Assembly: GCA_045837725.1 (NCBI GenBank)
Contig: JBEWZL010000163.1
Location: forward strand, 434,001-498,000
Direction of reading: 5' to 3'
DNA from: Vermamoeba vermiformis
Taxonomy: Eukaryota
DNA length: 64,000 bases
The stretch's first letter is position 1, and each line of letters starts with the position of its first letter. The notes below the pieces were generated by a model. That model saw only the letters and a program-made list of their open reading frames with translations. It ran no database searches and was not told the DNA's origin. Shown one piece after another: positions 54,517 through 64,000 of this stretch. Made by a program: the position numbers and the translations under genes.

Positions 54517-56942
54517 TTATGAGCAAGTAGCGTTGCATCGAACTGTCCAATCAGGCAATGGACACTTGAATGGCACATGAGACAAGTCACACCCAAGCAG
54601 CTTCGGAAATCCAGGCACGGGCTGTGCAACAATGCTAGTAATTGACGTATACGAAGCATCAAGTATTGAAAGTGCTTGGATCTGGGTTTGCGAGAACGTA
54701 AGCGTGCCCGTGAAGTTATTCCCAGCTATGTTGAGTGTATGAAGTGACGCGAGGCGACTGAGACTGCTGACATCGCCCGACAAGTTATTATAAGCCACGG
54801 TAATCGCACTGATGAGCTTCGCTTGATCTTGGTTAAACTGAGGCAAGGGACCTTCGAGCAAGTTGTTGCTGACATCGACCAACTGCGCGATGAAACTCGG
54901 TATTGTACCGGTCAGTCTATTGTTGGCCGCAAGAAAGAGCTGCAAAAAACTGTTCGAACTGATCGTTGTTGGGATTGTTCCAGTGAGTCTATTGTTCGTG
55001 ACGTTGAACCACGCAAGAGTGCGTAGTTCAATAATTTCACTCGGTATAGTGCCGCTGAGTTGATTATCTTGCAATTGCAAAATAAACAGCCTTTGCCAGC
55101 TCAGCGAAGACGGAATAGTTCCATGCAATGAGTTATTCGACAAGATAATGCTATCAACGTTGAGTCGTCCCAAACTGTGCGGGATAGTTCCGCGAAGATT
55201 GTTGTTGCTCAAGTTGATGGTGCGCTGTCGATATCCGTACCATTGGTCAGTTGGCACGCTCTTGTTGAGCCAGTGCGTGTTGATCAGCCAGTTCGGACCG
55301 TCAGTTGCTTCATAAAGCTCCTTCAATATGCGATACTCTTCCGTCGTAGCACCATCAGGAGGTGTTGGAAGTAGCGGAATAGGTGGCATTTCTGTTGGCT
55401 GCGGCACGGCTGGCTGAGAGGCTGGCGGAAAAGGAACTTTGTCGTCATTCATCAGCTTCTGCACGTATGAAATGGCTTGTATTGACGCTAACAGCACAAC
55501 TGCCAGTACGAATAATGCAATGAGTCCTTTCCACGCAGGATGCATTCGTGATCTGTTTGAGCGATCAGCACTGTCACGTTGTTTGTCTTCATATTGTCTT
55601 CTTTGATGGTCTCGCGTGACAAATTCATTGTAGATCTGATCGAGTGTTTGTTTCAGCACTTCATTCTCTGTTTTGATGTCTTTGAGATCGTTGAAGTTGG
55701 CTCGAATTGACTCGTTCATGAAAGGCAACAGCGACTCGTAGTCAACATGCAAGATGCCTACAAAGGCAAGACATTAGTAGCGAGCACAATAGTTCAAATC
55801 GATCGCACGTACCATCGATGAGCTGCACAGCTTCAGGAACAACACTCTCCACTTGTTGTGCAATGAAACCAACAAATCGTTTGTTCACTGATGATGCAAT
55901 GCCTTGCTTGAACTTGTATGCCACGCCATCGATTTGCATCAGAACATCACGAGGTGATACATCTGATGTGCATAGGTTAATTTAGGTGAGAAGGAAACAT
56001 ATAGGTCTGAAAATACCTTCGATGAGTAGCCTGATGTCCTCTTTGATATTGATATCTGATGACTTATAGAAGTTGAGCGCCCTGAAATTTCCTATCACCT
56101 CGGCATTGCCGTTGTACAGCACCATGTATTGTTCGTCATAATCTTGCTGATACAATTCCTCAATCGATTGAATTGAGCTACTTGATCCGTGCAGAAGTTG
56201 GAGTTGAGAATTAACGCTTTAACCAAAATATTAGCTAATGATGCTTAGTTCATTATATATGCACTTACGGCACTACTTCTGGACTTGCATACCCAGGTGT
56301 CTCAGCCAAAGCGCGTTCAGACTCTGCCTCTTCGTTGTAGTTGAACTTAAATTGCGAACCAGAAGGCTGATTAAGCGCTTCTTGCCAAGAAAGGTTTATG
56401 CAAGCTGTTAACAAGCGGACTATTAGCGCACGTGCCAAAAAAAAATAGGTTGCAAAAGTTTGAAATCCCGATAATCCGTATATATTGAAGATTAATATAA
56501 TTAATTACTTACGTTGTCGAGATGAACTCATTCTTGGCTTTGGAAGGATTTCGAATATTGTGGAGACCGCTCGTTGAATAAAAACATTATTCGAAAAATA
56601 ATCCAAAGAGAGTTGTGCTTGTTGAGGTCCTTCAAGTGTTCGAAAATCGAACACTCCATGATTTATGCGTAATTGAAGAATTATTCCTTCGATTTGATTG
56701 TTTTCGTCTCGTTTGAAAGAAACCGGATTTCCTCCCCATGATGCCCAGTTCAGAATCTGCCTCGACTGTCCATTATTGCTGACAAATAATTCCAAATTAA
56801 ACGTTTGATATTGGTTTGATTTGTGGTCGTTTAATTGAAAAGCGAAGGTGTCACGCAGATTCAGCGTTTCTGCTTTCAGTTTCTTCGAACATCTGAAGGG
56901 TATAAATACCGCAAATACATTTCTAATATACACTTGTTCCAT
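54517..56942 (-). CDS. MYRF-like S74-LRR membrane-tethered factor, copy E (5 exons; sister of B)
   Basis: In-frame splicing from MEQVYIRN. FYKSSDINIKED (Ser 56057-56059), S74 core, TM, Pro-rich stalk, LRR ectodomain. Confidence 0.85.
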
Positions 56943-57216
56943 TGTTGCGGTAATAAATACACAACAAAATGCAACGGTTGGTAATAAGAATATAATGGGC
57001 AATAATTCACACGACAGACAGGAGACGAATCTTTCTCCGCAATGCGAGCTGCGTAGCTCAATCGCTATCGAACAATAAATTAAAGTTACGATAGCTAGCG
57101 GATCCATCAGATTCCAGTTGCAACATCCTGAAACACGGACTGAATTTTTTCTACCGCAAAATCACGTGACAAGGTTCTTAGGGATCAAGGGATTAAGATT
57201 TAATTTATTAGCGCAT

Positions 57217-59675
57217 TTAAAATTCCAAGTCATCGTCGTCAAATTCAGCACCGTCATCCTCCTCCAGCACCGTGAAGTCCATCTTCCATCGCAACAAGCC
57301 GCCAATGCCACCAAAACCCTTGACGAATTGGGAGCCCTGTTGTGACTTGTTTGTAACGAATTGTAAAACAGCGCCAAATCTCTTATAATTCTCCGCGAAC
57401 CAGTCGACCAAGCTGTCTCGTGCTACTTGCTCGTGGTCTTTGAAGACATCAGGGTTCTTTTCTTGTTCCTTGTCCAAGTAGACGACCTTCTCCTCGCCGG
57501 TCGCGTTGGACTTGAGCACGTAACGCCATACTTCCAAGTCTTCGTAGAGAATAAGTGTTTCAACGGCACCAGCGTCAAGCGCGGACATTGTGTCTCTATT
57601 TATAGCAAAGGAAGGTTAGAATTGAAACAAAATCGATCAAGTATTGTTATTTAGCTTAAGCATTAGTCAATAAAGGGTACTCAGAACCCCTGCGCCCCGT
57701 CATCGCTAACGAAATGACGTCCGAACCAGATCTCTTTTCTCCAATAAAGAGCCCGGGACAGCGCGAAACTCTTCGGCCTGACAAGCTTTAAGACTCATCA
57801 TTACGAGAGCTCCGAACAACTATCCCAATGCTTAAATGAGGAGAGCCAAGTCTAATTCAAGAAGGCATTTCAAACCTTTAGCTCGTGGCACGAGATATAA
57901 TCATCGTACGACTTATTCCAGTAATTTAAATTGCCATTTACGGCCTTCTGTAGTATTTATCCGCGTCTTACCTAATACCGAAGCAGTATTTGCCAGTATC
58001 TTGACCGATTTCTTCAAAGAAGCGAGAGATCAAATTCTTTTCTTGGATGAATTTAACGTTCTTCAAGGCGTCAGCAGCAAGTTCGATGGCCTAATTTAGC
58101 AATATACATTATTACCGTAACACGAGGATATTATTAGATCGCCATTAATTTATCCACAAATCTTTCTTAAAATGTCGATCGGGATTCGATCCACGAAGCA
58201 GAACTTACTTGATTGAAGCCGTTATCGCCACCATAAGAAACGTCGACAATCTTAACGATAATCTTAGCAAGACGTTGATCCAACATATCAGATTGAGCCA
58301 ATTCAGTCTTAAAATCGGCCAAACCAGCCATGACGAGACCAGCAACGTTAGGCTGTAATTAATCAATCGTTAATATATTATTCAGTTTAAATACCACAAG
58401 GAGTATTGTTTCGCCGCGGCAGAATTAATGCCTTATTAAGTAATTTATCCACAACAACAAAAAATGTCAGATCCAACGGCTTGGAACGCGGTAATTCAAT
58501 TTCAAAATTGACTTAATGATAATATTCCTATTTGTCATAAATATAGACACTTACGCGATCGTTTTCAATGAAGAACTGCACGGCCAATTCAGAAATCTTT
58601 CTGACGTAGTTGTGGCGCTTTTCCAAACGAAGACGAGCAAAACGCAAGGCAGATTGACCACCACGACCGTGTTTCTATGGTGTATATTAGTATAATATTT
58701 TAATTGAGCTATGGAAAGCATTCACGTCAATTATTTTGATCGGATCCCGCCACAAATTAAAATCGTTAAAATTCGCTCAAATAATTTAATATCGTATTAT
58801 TTTCTTGTGTATGTTTAGCATATAGTTATATTATCGTATCGATAACGAGTGGGATTTAAATAAGAACTGACGGATCCAGCGTTCATAAATCTGTTTGCAA
58901 CGTTAACCAGAAGCTTACCTTGGGAAGATCGACAGTAACTCTATGAAGAACTTCTTTGGTGTTACCGCTGACAACACCGAACAATGTGCCTTGACCGTCC
59001 ATAACGATGAATCCGAATCGTTGGTCAGATTCCATAAGTTCGCTCAAACACTACAGAACGAGTTAAAAATATATTTGCGCGATAAGATCAATATTTCGAT
59101 GGTCCAGGAGCATAATTAAATTAATAAAGCAGCGCTATTAAATATTTTTTGAATTTTGGGATTTAGATCTTACCTCAGTATGGAACTTGTTGTCGCACAT
59201 ATAGAGCGAAGTGTTGATAGGCTTATGAGGCTCCAATGAAATATTGACGTGCTTTTCTTTACCATCTTCACGAATAACAGTACCGCAGTAAATGACCAAT
59301 CCGTTTTCAGGGGTTCTGTTGAAGAGCTTCAGCTTTTGTTGTGTTGATGTAATAGCGCCCAAGACTGATTGTCTGTTGACTCTGTTCTTAATGTTCGATG
59401 CAGTACCGTACTCGTCAGCCAACATCTGAACATAACGAGAGATCTGATCGCCAGGACGAATGATCAATGAAATCATCGAGGTACCATTACTATTATAGTT
59501 ATAGGTTAATTATCGGACATTTTAGTAATTAATATGGATTATTTGCTGACCCTCGAGCAGCTTCCAAGCTTTGGATTAATTTTTTAATTCTCCATTGCTT
59601 GATCTCGTAATCTTCCTCGTCCTTCTTATCTCCTCCCTTGGTAGGCTTAGCGTTAGCAGGTGATGGTTGAGCCAT
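57217..59675 (-). CDS. ETF1: Eukaryotic release factor 1
   Basis: [52 protein letters not shown]. Confidence 0.97.
57677..57805 (-). ncRNA. Intronic box C/D snoRNA in the last eRF1 intron; predicted U6 Cm62 guide (SNORD94-like function)
   Basis: Minus strand: box C ATGATGA (57801-57795) and box D CTGA (57684-57681), preceded by GCGCAGGGGTT, which is complementary to U6 GG(U/C)CCCUGCGC. Confidence 0.7.
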
Positions 59676-60235
59676 TTTTTTAAATGAGTTGTGTGTTTGT
59701 CACCTTGTGGGCAGTAACAGACTAATCAAAACCACAACGAAACAACACGCAACAGGACCCGTTTCTGAAAATTACAATATGAGCTCGGTATGAGCATGAA
59801 CATGCCTTATAATTAGATTGTGAAGCAGGTTGAAATCGGTTAGACCGAAGATCACATCGATCAGATCCTGTAATGTGCAGAAAGGTGGCCGATTACGCAC
59901 TGAAAATTCTAATATTTATAGACGTCTAGTAGAAGCGCACGAGAAAAAGGTTGCAGAAAGTCGGAAAAGAGACCTTACGTAACGCAGATCGACCAGTTGG
60001 TGTTGTAGAAAGGTCTGCGTACCATATCCGCCGTTCGACGAAGAGCATGAAAAGAAAATAGGCATGCAAGCAACGCGCCCACCTTCGGAATTTTTTCTTG
60101 TCCTAACAACAAACACCACAACTCAACACAAGAATGTATTCCTTTACAAAAAGAGAGGTACTACGCTCCACAATCCAACCGTAATATTCTAATCTTACGC
60201 AGGCCGCAAAAAAATACCAGCCAAATATAAATGTC

Positions 60236-61255
60236 ATGGAGATTATTAGCGAAATTCGCCACAAGGAGTTTGCGGAGCTAGACAAGAAAATTGAACAACG
60301 AGAAAAAGAAGTGGAAGAGATGCGCAAAATTGCAGCGCTATTTGCGGACTGGTCAAGCGAAATTCCAGAGGTCAGCTTCGCCTCTCTCGAAGTTGCCGTG
60401 CTGCAAAGAAGCAATGACTTGATAGAAAAGATATTGAGTAATTCTCCTCCACCAAAGGAACAGGTCGATGCTTTAGTTGGCTTTTTATCGAAATTCTTAA
60501 TCGGATCGAGTTGCAGCCACATTTTCAACGACGACGAGCAAATTTTGGAGGCGTTTGCCAAGTTTGTCTGCACTGCAGCGGCGAATCCACTCTACGAAGC
60601 AAGTTACAGACACTCATGGCTATCGACATTGGCAAAGCTCTTAACGCAAAGGGCCATCGACGATATTTCTTTGCCACCACTCTTTTGGGTCTATTACGGA
60701 CGCAGTCAATTATTGTTGGCTCGAGATTATTTTGGTGAAGAGCGCGCCAAGATACTATTGGAGGCTATTGAATTCTTATCCCTGAATTTGAACGACGCCG
60801 ACACACGAATAATGATTGGTATTCTAAAGGCAGAAATATTTATCAATTGCAGCAAGGCTCCAGAGCTTGACCGCCAAAAAGAATGGTTTGATATCGGCAG
60901 CTGTTTTACGCAACAAGGAGGCACGTGTTTGGATTCGCAACTTCATTACGCTCTGTGTCTAACGAAAAGAATATTTTCCGAGCCGAACGATAAGGAATGC
61001 TACCGCGAAGTCCTGCGCTTACTTGGCTCTCGCTACCTAAAGCAGTGTTTTGAAAGTATTTCTACGAAAGCGAAGACAGACCTCTGGTGGCGCGAGTGTG
61101 TCGAGACAATAACTGATGTCTGCGTTCGAACGGCGCTATCTTTGAAGGACTTGAGGCGCGATCGGTTCTTGGACCAGCTCGACGAGCGCCTCAAACGAGC
61201 GGTGGTGGATGTGCTCCAGCGGATCGAGGCACCAAACAGTGAAAGCAATGAATAA
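60236..61255 (+). CDS. Intronless hypothetical protein (N-terminal coiled coil, helical)
   Basis: 339-aa uninterrupted ORF with no motif I recognise. Confidence 0.6.
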   Translation: MEIISEIRHKEFAELDKKIEQREKEVEEMRKIAALFADWSSEIPEVSFASLEVAVLQRSNDLIEKILSNSPPPKEQVDALVGFLSKFLIGSSCSHIFNDDEQILEAFAKFVCTAAANPLYEASYRHSWLSTLAKLLTQRAIDDISLPPLFWVYYGRSQLLLARDYFGEERAKILLEAIEFLSLNLNDADTRIMIGILKAEIFINCSKAPELDRQKEWFDIGSCFTQQGGTCLDSQLHYALCLTKRIFSEPNDKECYREVLRLLGSRYLKQCFESISTKAKTDLWWRECVETITDVCVRTALSLKDLRRDRFLDQLDERLKRAVVDVLQRIEAPNSESNE

Positions 61256-61757
61256 CCTTTGTCTTATCTCGATCAAGTAATTAAACGATATCAAAGTCAC
61301 CGAGGCGACCAAAAGTGCATTAATCTTCGCAGGATATCACAAGCAGGGTAATTGATTTTTTTTCAAGGCGAGAATATTTAGTTACTGTGAATTGGATGCG
61401 AATCTCAAAATGAAAGGCACATACCTGAGGTGAACCAATAATTCCCGTCCGTAAATTGATTAATTAATTGAGGTCGATGCATTAACTTGAGTGCAGGCAA
61501 GGTTTATTTTACGTGGATCATGATCCAATTATCTAAGTGAAGGCTGTATAAGCTGGTAATTTACCACCTAAATATAGCTGGTTTTGGTTGCTACTGAATG
61601 GTCGGTAATAAATAAAAAAAAACAGCAACATTTGACCCCGGTGGGATAATGCGGAGCAAAAAAATTCATAGCGGACGCGTTGTCACAAACAGAATCGAAA
61701 ATTTTAAATTTGTCTCTATCATTTGGTCCTAGTAACACATCAAGGCACTATAAAATT

Positions 61758-64000
61758 ATGTCGGGCGAAGGAGGTAAGTACTAATTATTTTGTCCGATCT
61801 CGATCCCGAAGTACCCGTTGCTTAGTGCGCTATTTTGTATTTAGAAATCTTCGATACTCTGCGCACTATTATGTCGCAGCGCATTATGATCCTCGACGGA
61901 GGCATGGGCACGCAAATTCAAGCGCGTGGCTTGACTGCTGACGATTACAGAGGTAAGTGATCTTGCCCCACAACCTTTATTGCAATTATTTATTGCCCAA
62001 TAATAATATTACAAATTCATCAGTATTTTTATGCGTATAGAAAATAAGAATTATTTTTGCGACGGCAGATCCATTACATAAAATTGTATGTAAGGCCTTA
62101 TTCTCACCTTTATAAGGCTACTACTATAGTATTGACGCCAATTGTAATAATTGTGACGTGCATTGGTCATTTAAACGCTGTATAATTACTTTAATACCAT
62201 GAATTGAACTGCCGATCCCATCTAATGCCCCAATATTTCATTTTACAATGCACCTCATTTTCTGTTTAATTAACGGCTATAATATTCGAAGGTGAGGAGT
62301 TCAAGGATCATCCCCACGAATTGGCAGGAAACAACGATTTTCTCGTGCTCACACGACCTGATGTGATCTTGGACATCCACCGAGTAAGTAGAAATTCTCC
62401 CTTTACGACCAAAATATTTGCATGCATTAAATGCCGCGAATTTTTTACTAATATCAGTTCGTGTCGTATCGAAATTTTGTGACCGTTGCGCAATCTGGAT
62501 GTCTCACGATATTTTTCGTTTTAGAACTACTTGGAAGCTGGCGCCGACATCATCGAAACAAACACATTCTCTGGCACTACTATTGCTCAAGCCGATTATG
62601 GTTGCGAGAAATACGTAAGTAAATTAATTCGATTTTTAACTTTCGCGAGGCAGATCTGAATAATTAAACGATAAATATAGGTCTATCGTATGAACAAGGT
62701 TGCCGCTCAACTTGCTAAACAAGCTTGCGTTGAATATACTGCTAAAGACCCGAGCAAGCCTCGTTTCGTTGCCGGATCTATTGGTCCGACCAACAAAACT
62801 AGCTCTGTCAGTGTTAACGTGAACAAACCTGATTTCAGAGCTATTAGTACGTATCTATATTTCATATATCATATTTAATTAAGATGATTACTGACGTATT
62901 GAATTATTTCTAGCTTTTGATGAATTGGTTGAAGCTTACGCTGACCAAACTCGCGGTCTGTTGGACGGAGGTTCCGATATTCTTTTAGTCGAGACTATTT
63001 TCGATACTCTTAACTGCAAGGTACGTTTATAGCGCATTTACCCGTTTTAATTTGTTTCGATTTGTTTATTGTTGCAAATTAATTTTAATTTTGAATACAA
63101 CAGGCTGCCGTTGCTGCTATTGAAGATGTTTTCGCTGAAGGACATTTCAAGAGAGTCCCTGTCTTCGTAAGTACCGTCATATCAATTTTATTGGTGTCCA
63201 ATAACTCAACTCCTCGATCGCATCCAGCTCTCCGCTACTATTGTCGATAAAATGGGTCGTAACTTGTCTGGCCAAACCATTGAGGCCTTTTATAACAGTC
63301 TTCAACACTTCAAGCCTTTCTGCGTCGGCTTGAACTGCGCTTGGGGTGCCACTGATATGCGTCCTTATTTGGGTACGGATCTCGTTACAATAATTCGTCT
63401 CTACATATCTATTATTCATTTATATATGGCATTTATATTAATGTTGCTTTTGACATTTTTTTATGGCCTCTTACCGAGCTCATATATTTTATTTGGTTAA
63501 AACTACAATACGTTTTAATGCTTATTAATTTGAATATAGAGCGTTTGTCTCGTGTTGCTTCATGTTTCGTGCACTGTTATCCCAACGCTGGTATTCCTAA
63601 TGCTTTGGGCAAGTACGATCAAACTCCCGAGATTATGGCTCCTTTGGTCAAGGACTTTGGATCTGATGGTCTCATCAATATGATCGGTGGCTGCTGCGGT
63701 ACTACTCCCGGCCACATCAAGGCTATCGCTGAAGTCATGAAAGAATTCAAGCCTCGTCAGATCCCTCAAGCCGACACTAAATTGACCGTCTCTGGTCTTG
63801 AGCCCTTGATCTTTACTCCTGAAATCAGATTCGTTAACGTTGGTGAACGATGTAACGTTACTGGCTCCAGAAGATTCGCTAACCTCATTAAGGACGGCAA
63901 ATACGAAGTACGTAACGGATGCGCATCCAATTTTTTTTCTAATAATTTCAAATACTAATTAAATCGTATAATTAGGAAGCCGCCTCCGTCGCTTTGCAAC
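61758..64000 (+). CDS. MTR: Cobalamin-dependent methionine synthase (5' part; runs off the window end)
   Basis: [93 protein letters not shown]. Confidence 0.96.

Noticed and set aside
43506-55752. Treating the large ORFs as stand-alone plant-type LRR receptor-like proteins
   Set aside because: The ORF starts lie in introns or mid-exon; upstream exons splice in frame to add the S74 and N-terminal domains.
44801-56135. Prophage or phage tail gene suggested by the Peptidase_S74 domain
   Set aside because: The domain is split by spliceosomal introns, fused to TM and LRR regions, and has no phage genes nearby.

Overview
Gene-dense eukaryotic DNA with short AT-rich spliceosomal introns and the standard genetic code. 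Gene content (gelation-factor-type filamin, RWP-RK factor, TKL receptor kinase, MetH, a U12 intron) suggests an amoebozoan-like protist; this is inference. Recognisable genes are HAUS5, ZPR1, GPATCH3, filamin, importin-7/8, RWP-RK, FAM204A-like, a divergent CCT-family chaperonin, DUF2985, MTHFS, a METTL21-like methyltransferase, a receptor kinase, eRF1 and MetH (partial). The window also holds a U6 snRNA gene and an intronic C/D snoRNA predicted to guide U6 methylation. The standout feature (43.5-57 kb, minus strand) is a tandem array of five genes that only emerge after manual splicing. Each encodes a beta-rich putative DNA-binding domain with a basic NLS-like end, a Peptidase_S74/ICA self-cleaving chaperone with an intact S-D-x-x-x-K dyad, a coiled coil, one TM helix and a variable extracellular LRR domain. 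This looks like a MYRF/MrfA-type membrane-tethered, self-cleaving transcription factor fused to a diversifying LRR receptor, a candidate one-component sensing or immune system. A second highlight is a U12 AT-AC intron in HAUS5 that is almost entirely filled by a ~950-nt fold-back. Exon boundaries were inferred by eye and no database searches were run.
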